The notes beneath the pieces are model-generated. The model was not told the origin of the DNA and did no database searches. It saw only the letters and a list, made by a program, of their open reading frames with translations. A DNA stretch of 64,000 nucleotides from an uncultured Rivularia sp. (GTDB lineage: Bacteria; Cyanobacteriota; Cyanobacteriia; Cyanobacteriales; Nostocaceae), in assembly GCA_963665115.1 (NCBI GenBank), contig OY762007.1:3424001-3488000 (forward strand). Reading direction: 5' to 3'. Numbering within the stretch: position 1 is the stretch's first letter; every line of letters starts with the position of its first letter. Positions 42,605 to 54,272 of the stretch are shown piece after piece. The translations under genes and the position numbers were made by a program.

Positions 42605-42748
42605 AAATTTATATTTTTTGCTCGCAATTCCAGTAATACAATAAAAATCCCAAACAAGTATGCTAAAGCTGTAAAAATTTATGCCACACTTTAAGCAGCT
42701 ATTAGCACAACTTAGTTTGGGCTATCATTTTTTTATTTAACTCCAGTC

Positions 42749-44494
42749 ATGAGTATTGCTGCTAATTCCGATCCACCGCATTTATTGTCCGACCATAAGG
42801 AATCTGTTACTAAGTACACTGACGCATTAGCTTGTTTGGGAACTGAGTTAGTGTACGTTCAAGATGCTAGGGGGCGTTTCCTCAATTTTTGTTGGCAGCA
42901 AGGCGAACGTTTGGGATTGAATTCAGAAGATATTCTTGACGATAAAGCGAATCAAGAAAGCTTTACTCCTATTGATAGAACTGCTTACTTGCAACGCTTA
43001 GAGCAAGTGCTAGCAACTTTGCTTCCCCAAAAGTGCCAGTGTTGGTTTAGTCTTCCACAAGCGGCTGTAGAGTTAGAATTGCTGATAACTCCAGTAATGC
43101 CAGCTTTAGGCAGTGCAGCAACTTCAGTATTGGTAATGGGGAGATTATTGCAAGTTGGAGCGAGTATAAATCAAATACAAATAACGCCCAAATCGAGGAA
43201 TTTAGATGATGATATACGTTCGCAGCAATACCAAAAGCTGATTAACAATATCACCAGAAATATCCGGCGTTCTCTGGATTTAAATATTATTTGGCAGCAA
43301 ACTGTTGATAGTTTAGGCACAACACTACAGCCCAATTTTTGTATAATTTGCCCTTACTACGGTGAATCTAAAATACGTGTGATTGCCGAGTCATGCCAGC
43401 CAACCGCGAAATCGATGTTGGGGACGGAAATAGATATAGCTTCTGAAATGGGGTTTACTCAAGCTTTGAGTACTCTCAAGCCCGTTATAGTAGACCAAAC
43501 GAATAGTTCCTTATTTAACACGCAGAAACTTCTAATAGTTGCAACTTCTCACCAAGAGCAGCCTAATAGCTTAATTGCTTTGAGTTTAAATGCTGAATGC
43601 TCCTACTTGTCAACAAAAGAACTTCAATTAACCAAAGAAGCAGCAGATCAAATTGGTACGGCGATCGCCCACGCTACTTTATATAAAGAATTAGAATCAG
43701 CGCGTCAGCAAGCAGAAGAAGCTTCCCGTCTCAAAAGCGAATTTCTTGCCAACGTTTCTCATGAAATTCGCACGCCATTAAACGGCATGATTGGTTTTTT
43801 AAAGCTAATTTTAGACGGAATGGCAGATGATGAAGAGGAAAAAGCCCTTTTTCTTGAAGAAGCTCATAAATCATCCATACATCTACTTGAAGTTATTAAC
43901 GATATCTTAGACTTTGCCAAAATAGAAGCAGGCAAAATGGAGTTAGAACTTACTCCAGTAAAACTAGATGAGTTATTCAGCGATGTAGAAAACTTCATGC
44001 GTCTGCAAGCAGAACATAAGAATCTCAGCTTTGGGATGCAATTACCCGGAACGAATGACGAAATTCTCGTTTATAGCGATTACCTCCGTCTCAAACAGGT
44101 AATGATAAATTTAGTAGGTAACGCGATCAAATTCACTCATGAAGGGCATATAACCGTTACCGCTGATGTAGTCCGTAAAAAAGTAACGTTTAAGGAACAA
44201 GAATTTCCCGGCATGGTGAAAGTGCGGGTAGTAGACACGGGCATAGGTGTTTCTTTAGACCAGCAAGACAAATTATTTCAATTATTTTCTCAAGTAGATG
44301 GTTCCCGTACTCGTCAATACGGTGGTACCGGCTTGGGATTAACCATATCTCAGAAATTAGTAGAAGCAATGGGTGGCGAAGTGCATTTTTACAGCTTAGG
44401 TGAAGGGCTTGGTTCTACAGTTACCTTTACAGTACCCCTTTACCAGCAGCCCGTTTTGGTTTCCAGTGAGGAGGGAGTAGGGAGTAGGGAGTAG
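42749..44494 (+). CDS. GAF-domain sensor histidine kinase
   Basis: FLANVSHEIRTPLNG, NLVGNAIKFT, DTGIG, GGTGLGL. Confidence 0.93.
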   Translation: MSIAANSDPPHLLSDHKESVTKYTDALACLGTELVYVQDARGRFLNFCWQQGERLGLNSEDILDDKANQESFTPIDRTAYLQRLEQVLATLLPQKCQCWFSLPQAAVELELLITPVMPALGSAATSVLVMGRLLQVGASINQIQITPKSRNLDDDIRSQQYQKLINNITRNIRRSLDLNIIWQQTVDSLGTTLQPNFCIICPYYGESKIRVIAESCQPTAKSMLGTEIDIASEMGFTQALSTLKPVIVDQTNSSLFNTQKLLIVATSHQEQPNSLIALSLNAECSYLSTKELQLTKEAADQIGTAIAHATLYKELESARQQAEEASRLKSEFLANVSHEIRTPLNGMIGFLKLILDGMADDEEEKALFLEEAHKSSIHLLEVINDILDFAKIEAGKMELELTPVKLDELFSDVENFMRLQAEHKNLSFGMQLPGTNDEILVYSDYLRLKQVMINLVGNAIKFTHEGHITVTADVVRKKVTFKEQEFPGMVKVRVVDTGIGVSLDQQDKLFQLFSQVDGSRTRQYGGTGLGLTISQKLVEAMGGEVHFYSLGEGLGSTVTFTVPLYQQPVLVSSEEGVGSRE

Positions 44495-44758
44495 GGAGTA
44501 GGGAGTAGGGAGTTGGGAGTTGGGAGTTAGGAGTAGGGAGTTGGGAGTAGGGAGTAGGGAGTAGGGAGTAGTGAGTTGGGAGTTAGGAGTAGGGAGTTGG
44601 GAGTTGGGAGTTGGGAGTAGGGAGTAGTGAGTTGGGAGTTGGGAGTTGGGAGTTGGGAGTAGGGAGTTGGGAGTTGGGAGTTAGGAGTAGGGAGTTGGGA
44701 GTAGGGAGTAGGGAGTAGGGAGTAGGGAGTAGGGAGTAGGGAGTAGGGAGTAGGGAGT
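44473..44758. repeat. STRR tract (GGGAGTA/GGGAGTT)n overlapping the kinase stop codon
   Basis: About 40 tandem 7-mers. Confidence 0.95.
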
Positions 44759-44912
44759 TACTAATCTAAGTTAGAAATTCATTACCAATTACCTATTACC
44801 CATTACCAATTACCTATTCCCAATGCCCGATGCCCGATGCCCAATTGGTCTAGTATGTAGTTAACAAGCTTTGAAAATAAACTTTGTCGCTTAACTGAGG
44901 TCAATAAGGATT

Positions 44913-45143
44913 ATGGAATTAACAAACCAAAATGTAGAAACAGTTCTTGATGAGTTGCGCCCATACTTAATGTCTGATGGTGGCAATGTGGAACTTGTAG
45001 AACTTGATGGCCCTATTGTTAAATTACGTTTACAAGGTGCTTGCGGTTCTTGTCCTAGTTCTGCTATGACTCTGAGAATGGGTATTGAACGCCGTCTCAG
45101 AGAAATGATTCCTGAAATTGCAGAAGTGGAGCAAGTAGTGTAG
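44913..45143 (+). CDS. nfuA: NifU-C/Nfu Fe-S carrier
   Basis: [14 protein letters not shown]...GACGSCPSS; 76 aa. Confidence 0.93.
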   Translation: MELTNQNVETVLDELRPYLMSDGGNVELVELDGPIVKLRLQGACGSCPSSAMTLRMGIERRLREMIPEIAEVEQVV

Positions 45144-45241
45144 AAATTAAAGTTGGGAATTAGGATACAAATCCTAATTTCTTGGAAGACGTAGCATTGC
45201 TACGTCTCTACAATTCCTCGCTTTTACCTCCTCACTCATTT

Positions 45242-47479
45242 ATGTCTCACCCCCTGCACGTAGCTTTTATCTGGCATCAACATCAACCTTTATATAAGTC
45301 TCCTGAAGGAGGTTCGTCTTCATACCTTGGTGCTGGAAGATACCGTTTACCTTGGGTACGCTTGCACGGTACTAAAGATTATTTAGATTTGATATTAATG
45401 TTGGAACGGTATCCGAAACTGCATCAAACTGTTAATTTGGTTCCGTCTTTGATATTGCAGCTTGAAGATTATATTGCCGGTACTGCTTTCGATCCTTATT
45501 TAGAAGTTAGTTTAACCCCTACAGAACAACTAACGAGCGGACAGTTAGAATTTATTCTCGAACATTTTTTTGACGCTAATTACGATACTTTGATTCAACC
45601 CCATCCTCGCTACAGGGAGCTTTACCAAGTTCGTCAGGAGAAGGGAGAAGCTTGGTGTTTGGCAAATTGGGATTTACAAGATTACAGCGATTTATTAGCT
45701 TGGCACAATTTGGCGTGGATCGATCCTTTATTTTGGGATGATGGGGAAATTGCGACTTGGTTAAACCAAGGAAGAAATTTTAGTTTGAGCGATCGCCAAC
45801 GTATTTACTCCAAGCAGCGAGAAATTTTGGCTAAAATTATCCCGAAACACCGTCAGATGCAGGAAGCTGGGCAGCTGGAGGTGACGACTACGCCTTATAC
45901 GCACCCAATTTTACCTTTACTTGCGGATACTGATGCGGGTAGAGTCGCTGTACCCAATATGACTTTGCCGCGATATCGTTTTTCGTGGCCTGAAGATATT
46001 CCCCGCCATCTAAGTAAGGGATGGGAGTTTTATAAAGATAGATTTAAACGAGAGCCTCGCGGATTGTGGCCTTCGGAGCAGTCAGTAAGTCCGGCTGTTT
46101 TACCGTATATGGTAGAACAGGGTTTTCAGTGGATATGCTCGGATGAAGCTGTTTTGGGATGGAGTTTACAACAGTTTTTCCACCGCGATGAAACGGGAAA
46201 TATTCAACAACCAGAATTACTTTACCGCCCTTACCGCTTACAAACTTCTGCTGGGGATTTATCAATTGTTTTTCGAGATCATGCACTATCCGATTTAATT
46301 GGTTTTACCTACAGTGGAATGTCTGCTCAAGATGCATCGCAAGATTTAATCGGACGATTGCTCCAAATCGCCCAAATGCAGCAAAATAGCGACAGCGAGC
46401 AGCCTTGGTTAGTTACTATTGCTTTGGATGGTGAAAACTGTTGGGAATTTTACGAACAAGATGGTAAACCCTTCTTAGAAGCTTTGTACGACGGCTTTAG
46501 TAAGGAACCGCAGCTAAAATTGGTTACAGTTTCTGAATATTTACAAGAATTTCCTGCTCAAGCCACAATGAAAGCAGAGCAACTGCATAGCGGTTCTTGG
46601 GTAGACGGTAGTTTTACTACATGGATAGGCGACCCGGTAAAAAATAGAGCTTGGGACTACTTAGCTCAAGCCAGACAGACATTAGCAAATCATCCAGAAG
46701 CAACAGAAGAAAACAATCCCGCAGCATGGGAAGCTTTATATGCTGCTGAAGGTTCCGACTGGTTTTGGTGGTTTGGGGAAGGGCATTCATCAAATCAAGA
46801 TGCTATTTTTGACCAACTATTTCGGCTGCATTTGCGAGGAATTTACCGAGCATTAAACGAACCCATACCCACCTATTTAAATCAACCTTTAGAAATCCAT
46901 GAAGCAAGAACAAACCATCGAGCTAGCGGATTTATTCACCCAGAAATCAACGGTAGTGGCGACGAACAAGGTTGGGAAAAAGCCGGACGTTTAGAAATTG
47001 GTGGTGCCCGAGGAACCATGCACAGCAGCAGCCCCATTCAACGGTTGTGGTATGGTTTAGACCAATCCAATTTTTACTTACGCATGGATTTCAAAACTGG
47101 AATACAGCCGACTAAAGATTTACCACCCCAATTAAATCTACTGTGGTTTTATCCAAATCAAATCATGCACAACAGTTCTTTACCAATAGTAGATACGCCC
47201 GATATTGCCCCACTAAATTATCTATTTCACCATCATTTACAAATAAATTTCTCAACACGCTCAATTAAATTTCAGCAAGCAGGTGAGTATTCCCAATGGT
47301 ATACTCGCGAAACCCACGCTCAAGCAGCTTTAAATGCTTGTTTAGAAATAGCAGTACCGTGGAACGATTTACAGCAACCCCCAGAATCTCCCATAAGACT
47401 TGTTTTACTACTTTCCGATCAAGGGCATTTTCGCAGTTATTTACCAGAAAACGGTTTGATAGCGATCGAATTAAATTGA
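45242..47479 (+). CDS. Glycoside hydrolase family 57 (amylopullulanase-like)
   Basis: WHQHQP, GLWPSEQ, ALDGENCWE, AEGSDWFWW. ATG at 45242 preferred. Confidence 0.93.
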   Translation: MSHPLHVAFIWHQHQPLYKSPEGGSSSYLGAGRYRLPWVRLHGTKDYLDLILMLERYPKLHQTVNLVPSLILQLEDYIAGTAFDPYLEVSLTPTEQLTSGQLEFILEHFFDANYDTLIQPHPRYRELYQVRQEKGEAWCLANWDLQDYSDLLAWHNLAWIDPLFWDDGEIATWLNQGRNFSLSDRQRIYSKQREILAKIIPKHRQMQEAGQLEVTTTPYTHPILPLLADTDAGRVAVPNMTLPRYRFSWPEDIPRHLSKGWEFYKDRFKREPRGLWPSEQSVSPAVLPYMVEQGFQWICSDEAVLGWSLQQFFHRDETGNIQQPELLYRPYRLQTSAGDLSIVFRDHALSDLIGFTYSGMSAQDASQDLIGRLLQIAQMQQNSDSEQPWLVTIALDGENCWEFYEQDGKPFLEALYDGFSKEPQLKLVTVSEYLQEFPAQATMKAEQLHSGSWVDGSFTTWIGDPVKNRAWDYLAQARQTLANHPEATEENNPAAWEALYAAEGSDWFWWFGEGHSSNQDAIFDQLFRLHLRGIYRALNEPIPTYLNQPLEIHEARTNHRASGFIHPEINGSGDEQGWEKAGRLEIGGARGTMHSSSPIQRLWYGLDQSNFYLRMDFKTGIQPTKDLPPQLNLLWFYPNQIMHNSSLPIVDTPDIAPLNYLFHHHLQINFSTRSIKFQQAGEYSQWYTRETHAQAALNACLEIAVPWNDLQQPPESPIRLVLLLSDQGHFRSYLPENGLIAIELN

Positions 47480-47674
47480 ATAGGGAAAACGGTTAATAGT
47501 TAAAGAAAGCAGAAAAAAATTATTCAACCTTCGATCGGTTTTGTTTACGCCTTAGTTATCGGTGATGTTAATCGCAATTTCACAGTGAAAGACTCGAAAA
47601 GTCTATAAGTCCCGCTATTTATAAATTAGTCTTTTTTGTCAAAGGGTAACTTCAGTTTATAACTACAATCAATA

Positions 47675-47709
47675 CTGGTGTGCCGTTTCTCAGCACACCA
47701 GCTTTTTTT
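47675..47709 (+). terminator. Intrinsic terminator
   Basis: CTGGTGTGC...GCACACCAG followed by CTTTTTTT. Confidence 0.75.
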
Positions 47710-48400
47710 ACGTGTTACGTATTATTTACTTTATGTCTGTGTTTCATATGATTTAAAGACACAGATTTTTTTTTGCGACCGAAGCATTTAGAGTAAAGCT
47801 CATAAAATCGCATTGTTCCTTAAATTTTTCCGACTATCTACTTAATTGTATTCGGCTTTTACTTAATACTCACAAAACACTTAGTCATATTCAACAGTTG
47901 TCAGATTTAGCTAAAATATGCCACTGTAGAAATTACATAGGATTTAAAGTAATAAATTGTACTTGAAATTATGTTGCCCGTTTATAAAATAAATGTATAA
48001 TTTATGTAATTAAATAATACTTTTTCTAAGAAATATTACTCAAGTTATAGGTCATATCAAAGTAAAAACTCACAGTTTTTGCTTTTTTATACTAAAAAGT
48101 GAATGAGTAACACTTGAATATACTAAGCAACTTACGAGTATAGAAATAAAGATATGCAACTCTGTATGCGGACTTCGATCGTATCGCCAACCTACCTTAA
48201 ATTATAGTATTTTAGTACTATATTAGAAAGTACAGAAACTAAAGAAATAATTTTGTCAAAAGAATCGGTTATACCAAGCGCTAGCAATCTTTAAGTTAAA
48301 ACCATTCGTTTTAAATATGGTATTTCTCAAAATTAACTACAGGGCTTCAAATCACGTTTTTCTAGTAGCTATTAAATCTATTGTCATCTTGTACAAAGTG

Positions 48401-49292
48401 ATGAATCACTTGTCTCATAAAATATTGAATTTTCATTCAGATTTGTTAAAGAATACTCAACTAGGTCGATTATGTGGTTCTAAAATTTTATTTGACAAAC
48501 GTTATGCAATTTTACGAATTTTAGGTAAAGGAGCTTTTGGAGTCATATTTTTAGCTAGGAATGTAACTTTACCAGGACATCCTTTATGCGTTATTAAGCA
48601 GCTTTATCCTCAAGTAAGTAGTCTTAGAGGTTTGCAAAAAGCTAAACAACGTTTTGAAAAAGAAGCTAAAACTTTAGGGTCAGTTGGGAAATCATTGTCA
48701 AATTCCCATGCTTTTAGATTACTTTGAAATAAAAGAAGATTTTTTTCTAGTTCAAGAATATATTCGTGGTTGTACTTTAACTCGGGAAGTTAGACGCAGC
48801 GGTTCTTTTAATGAAGCTGCGGTTAAACAGTTCTTGAACGAAATACTGCCGGTATTAAATTATATTCATGCAAATCATCTAATTCACCGTGATATAAAAC
48901 CACAGAACTTACTCCGTTGCAATGATGATGGACGTTTGGTATTAATTGATTTTGGCGCAGTTAAAGAAGAATTGGCATTAACTGACGAGCTTACCGATGA
49001 AAATGCTACTACTATGTTCGTTGGAACTATGGGATTTGCACCGCCAGAACAGGTTTTTCTACGTCCGGTTTACAGTAGCGATATTTATGCATTAGGTGTA
49101 ACTTGTCTTTATTTACTAAGTGGCAAAGCACCTTTAGAATTTGATTATGATACGAATACCGGTGAAATATGTTGGCAAAAAGACTTAACCGTTAGCGAAC
49201 ACTTTGCCGAAATTTTGAATAAAATGCTCAGAACTAATTTAAACGAACGTTTCGTGTCTGTTTCTGAGTTGATGTTTTCTCTTAGTACCTAA
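48401..49292 (+). CDS. Ser/Thr protein kinase, tandem paralog 1; apparent +1 frameshift near 48677
   Basis: GKGAFG, CVIKQL, HRDIKPQN, DFG, APPE. N-terminus aligns with 49438. Confidence 0.88.
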
Positions 49293-49437
49293 TCCTATAA
49301 TAGTTTTTTTGTATACATTATATTAAGGAAAAATTAGGTTTGTGCAAAGATACGGTAATTATACTGGCGATAAATACTGATAATAGTTACATTGAGAAAA
49401 TGGCGAATTAGCAATATAAATAATATTGTTTATTATA

Positions 49438-50532
49438 ATGAATCGTTTTTCTCGAAAAATATCTCATTTTAATTCAGACCTTTTGATGAATACAAAGTTA
49501 GGACAATTATGTGGTTCTAAAAGTTTATTTCGCGAACGTTATGCAATATTACGCATTTTAGGCAGGGGAGGTTTTGGAGTTACTTTTTTAGCTAGAAATG
49601 TAACTCTACCCGGACATCCTTTATGCGTTATTAAGCAGCTTTGTCCTAAAGTTAGTAGCCCTAGAAGTTGGCAAAGGGCTAAGGAACGTTTTGAAAAGGA
49701 AGCTAAAACTTTAGGGCAATTAGGGAATCATTCTCAAATTCCGATGATTTTAGATTATTTTGAAGTGGGAGGAGAATTTTTTCTGGTTCAAGAATATGTC
49801 CGTGGCTGTACTTTAACTCGTGAAGTTAGACGCAACGGTGCTTTAAGTGAAGATGCTGTCAAAAAGTTTTTACGCGAAATACTTCCGGTGTTGCAGTATG
49901 TTCACAAAAATCATGTAATTCATCGAGATATCAAACCGCATAATTTACTTCGATGCGATGACGATGAACGTTTGGTATTAATTGATTTTGGTGCGGTGAG
50001 AGAAGAGTTGGCAAAAGCTAGCGAACTTGCAGATAAGACTGCTACTACTAATTTTGTTGGAACTATGGGGTTTGCTCCTCCGGAACAATTTTCTCTACGT
50101 CCAGTTTACAGTAGCGATATTTACGCATTAGGGATAACTAGTCTTTACTTACTTAGTGGCAAAGCACCTTTAGAATTTGATTACGATGCTAAGACGGGTG
50201 AAATATGCTGGCAAAAACAGTTAACAGTTAGCGAAAACTTTGCCTCTATCTTGAATAAAATGCTTAAAGTTAATGTAAAGGAGCGTTTTACATCGGCTTC
50301 GGAAGTCATGTTTGCTTTGGGTGTAGAATCCCACTTACCTCATTTAACTAACTGCTTGACTACTCAACCTTTAGGAGGTGTAAAGAAGTCGGTAACAAAT
50401 AGTTTTGAAGAAAATTACCATAGTTATGTTCCTCCATTTGCACGAACTGCAATCGCGATTCGCGAATGGAAAGCTAAATTAGAAGCAAAAAAAACAAGAC
50501 GCAAATATAAACGTTATTCATCACTGGCATAA
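49438..50532 (+). CDS. Ser/Thr protein kinase, tandem paralog 2
   Basis: GRGGFG, HRDIKPHN, DFG, APPE. Confidence 0.95.
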   Translation: MNRFSRKISHFNSDLLMNTKLGQLCGSKSLFRERYAILRILGRGGFGVTFLARNVTLPGHPLCVIKQLCPKVSSPRSWQRAKERFEKEAKTLGQLGNHSQIPMILDYFEVGGEFFLVQEYVRGCTLTREVRRNGALSEDAVKKFLREILPVLQYVHKNHVIHRDIKPHNLLRCDDDERLVLIDFGAVREELAKASELADKTATTNFVGTMGFAPPEQFSLRPVYSSDIYALGITSLYLLSGKAPLEFDYDAKTGEICWQKQLTVSENFASILNKMLKVNVKERFTSASEVMFALGVESHLPHLTNCLTTQPLGGVKKSVTNSFEENYHSYVPPFARTAIAIREWKAKLEAKKTRRKYKRYSSLA

Positions 50533-50803
50533 TAATAGGTCTAAAATGTAAAAAAATATCCATATCTAAGTTAAGTAGATTATTTTTTGTACAGTAAAAT
50601 AGATTATTAGTTTCAGGATAGGCAGTTTTTATTAATACATTGATATCGGTAAAGGTAATTACATTGCAAGAAAAATGATTTAATTAATTGAATTTAAATA
50701 TTTTTCTACAAAGATTTTTGTATAATAATGAAATAATTTTCTATTAGAAAGGAAAATTAGGGGCTTTTGTTAGCAAAAACTATCACGCAGTTGCCCGAAT
50801 TAA

Positions 50804-52895
50804 ATGATGATCTGCTGCCTAAATCCCGATTGCCTAAATCCCCTTAACGATAAATCCTCGAAATTTTGCGCTAGCTGCGGGGCACCTTTACTACCATTAT
50901 TACGAAATCGATTTCGAGTTATCCGGGTGCTTTCACAAGAAGGTGGATTTGGAAAAACTTATTTAGCCCAAGATTCAGATAAACTAAATGAACCTTGTGT
51001 TATCAAGCAATTAGCACCTAGAATTGAAGGAAGCTGGGCGCTAAAGAAAGCAGTAGAGTTGTTTGAGAAAGAAGCACAACGACTACAGCAGTTAGGAGAA
51101 AATTCCCAAATTCCTAAGCTTTTAGCTTACTTTGAACAAGACAATTGTTTATATCTGGTACAGCAATTTATTGACGGGAAAAATTTGCTCGAAGAATTAG
51201 AAGCGCGACGCGAAGGCGATATTTGGCTGCGTTGTTATAGCGAAAAAGAAATTAGAGATTTGCTGCTTAATTTATTACCAGTTCTTCATTTTGTCCACGA
51301 GCATGGAGTTGTTCATCGGGATATTAAACCCCAAAATATTATTCGCCGCATTTCTCCTCAAAATTTGGTGGACGATTTAGTCTTAATAGATTTTGGTTCT
51401 TCAAAAGAATTGAAGCCAACACTCAAGTTGAAAGTCGGAACTTCTATTGGCTCGCATGGTTATTCAGCAATAGAACAAATTAGAGACGGATTAGCTTATC
51501 CTGCTAGCGATTTATTTAGTGTTGGAGCTACCTGTTTTCATTTAATGACGGGTATGTCCCCCTTTCAACTATGGACGGAACATGGTTATGGCTGGATGAA
51601 TAATTGGGAAAAGTATTTAAATTATCCAATTAGCGATGAACTTGCTCATGCGATCGATAGGTTGTTAAAAAAAGATATAGAAACAGCGGTACAAATCTGC
51701 TGTAGAAGTAATTGCAGATTTGAAAAAGCCGCAAAAATACCCTATAGTTTTACCTGGGTTGGTAGAGGTTTGCCAACAATTAGTACCACCAACCGAAATA
51801 TTTCCCAAAAATAGATACACGAAGTTTAAGAAAATATTGTTAGCAGGTGCAGCAGTCTTAATGTTTGTGGCTGGAGAATTCTGGTATTGGAAAACTCGCG
51901 AAACCCAAATCCGCAACGATACTAATACTCAACCAAGCATTCAACCAGCAGTTAAACGTGAGAGTCTTTCAGATCGATCCGACTCCAATCAAAAACAGTT
52001 TGCTTTAATCAAAACCTTTAACCTTGTTTATGATTCAGTTTCATCCCTGGCAATTAGCCCAGATAGCAAAACAATTTTGACAAACAGTCTTTTCGGAGTC
52101 AAGCTATGGAGCTTAATAACCAAACAGGAAATATCTGTATTTGATGCTCATAATGCAAAAGTGAATGTAGTTACCATAGATCCAGACGGTACAAAATTTG
52201 TCACTGGTAGCGAAGATAAAACTATCAAAATATGGAATCTGGCAACAGGGCAAGAAATTCGCACGCTACAAAAACATACTTTGGGGATTCATGCTTTAGC
52301 TATAAGCCCCGATGGTAAGCTACTCGCTTCCGGAGGCGATGACAGCAGCATTAAACTGTGGAATATTAATACTGGTGAAGAATTAGTTAGTTTTGATAAT
52401 CACAATCAAAAAATTAGTTCTCTTGCCTTCGATTCCGTTGGTAAGATGCTTGCTAGTGGTAGCTTTGACGGTACGATAAAAATTTGGGATACAAAGGCTC
52501 AAAAACTTTTACGTACTCTACCGAAAAACCATAGTAAAGTTTATTTCACTAACTTTATTGAAAAATCTGGAAGTATAAGTAATAATTCGGTAATTGCTAG
52601 TTACAATAGCGATATACGTATGTGGAATCCAATTACTGGAGACAAAATACGTACTTTTAAAGGACATTCTCAACCCATAACATCTACTGCTATAAGCTCT
52701 CAAAGAAATCTTCTTGCTTCAGGTAGTAGCGATAAAACTATTAAGTTATGGGATTTGAATACTGGGGAACTTTTAATTACTTTAAAGGGACATTCTGGTA
52801 AAGTCGAGTCTCTTGCTTTTAATCAGGATGGAAATATTCTAGTAAGTTCCGCTGACGATAGAACTATTAAAGTTTGGCAAATATCTATTTTTTAA
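50804..52895 (+). CDS. Ser/Thr kinase with N-terminal Cys4 motif, TM helix and WD40 repeats; apparent +1 frameshift near 51682
   Basis: CLNPDC...CASCG, HRDIKPQN, DFG; corrected DIEQRYKSAVEV joins the TM+WD40 ORF. Confidence 0.88.
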
Positions 52896-53095
52896 TTGTT
52901 AAGAGAATAAAAATTACGTATAAAGTCAATATAAAATACTTATAAAGAATATGCATAACTCTTGGAAATTTATCCGAGATACTATTGAATTGATAGTTGA
53001 ATATATTTCGATCGAATAATAAATTTTAAGTATATTTTTTTTAAATTCGTGGAGTTGAGTTAAAAGCTAAGCTTCATCAAGTATTTATTTTGTTT

Positions 53096-54152
53096 ATGAA
53101 TATGACCAATTACATATTGAAAATTTTAACCACTTCCTCAGTGATGGTTTTGGCCTTCATAAAAGTTTGGGGTTGGGAAACTTATCCTGCTACTAGTGGT
53201 ATATCTTCTCGCTTAGATCGGCCAGTATCAACGCCTTGGAAAACTGCTTCCTTGGGATTCACATTCACGGGACATTCCGATTCCGTTTGGGCGATCGCCA
53301 TTAGCCCGCATCAAGTTGAAGCAGGTGAAGGAAGGATTATAGCTTCTGTTAGCGGAGATAAAACTATTAAATTATGGGATTTGGAAACAAAACAGCCAAT
53401 CCGCACCTTAGAAGGGCATTCTGACTCGGTTAATACCGTTGTTTTTAGTCCGGATGGGAAAATACTGGCTTCTGCTGGTGCTGATAAGGTTATTCGCTTG
53501 TGGGATGTTGCAACAGGTAAGCAAATCCGGGTTATGAGAGGACATTCAGCCTCTGTCGGTTCAATTGCTTTTAGTCCAGATGGAAACTTTATCGTCAGTA
53601 GTAGTTGGGATCAAACCGTTAGTTTATGGAATGCAAATACGGGAATCAAAATTCGCACTATAAGGGGAGATTGTGACGTAGTAAATGTTGTAGTAGTTAG
53701 CCCCGATGGTAAGACTTTCGCAACGGGAAATCATTTTGAAGGGACGATTGACTTGTGGAATTTAGCCACAGGAACGAAAATCAAGTCTTTGACAGGTCAT
53801 TTAGATGCGATAAGTTCTTTAGCGTTTAGTCCAGATGGTAAAACTTTAGCAAGCGGTAGTTGGGATAAAACTATCAAGTTGTGGAATCTAGATACTGGGG
53901 CTAAATTGCGCGTTTTAAGCGGACATTCTCATAGAATTTGGTCGGTTGCGTTTAGTCCCAGATGGTGAAACCCTCGCAAGCGGAAGTTGGGATAAGACTA
54001 TTAAGTTATGGAATCCACAAACGGGAAAAAGAATTAGTACTCTCAGAGGACATTCTCAAAGAGTTTGGTCAGTCGCTTTTAGCCCAGACGGTAAAACCCT
54101 TGCAAGCAGCAGTTTTGATAAAACTATTAAAATTTGGCAAACTTTGCAATGA
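53096..54152 (+). CDS. WD40-repeat protein; apparent +1 frameshift near 53958
   Basis: Seven GH...FSPDG..LAS.S.DKTIKLW repeats. Confidence 0.9.
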
Positions 54153-54272
54153 GAATGGGGAAATGGGGAGATGGGGAGAGATTTTTTAGAGTAGCGATTA
54201 GGTGATTTGTATTTACCTACTACTTACTACTTACTACTCACTCCTAATTATTTCCAATGCCCAATTCCCAAT

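Noticed and set aside
21380..53965. Nine split genes (DUF4291 ~21385, PEP-CTERM ~22478, OYE ~25402, RTX ~34292, secreted protein ~38672, lepA ~41305, kinase ~48677, kinase-WD40 ~51682, WD40 ~53958) as pseudogenes, phase variation or programmed frameshifts
   Set aside because: Each is fixed by deleting one base from a 3-5-nt homopolymer, all in the same +1 direction, including in highly conserved lepA. This pattern fits long-read insertion error; read mapping would confirm.
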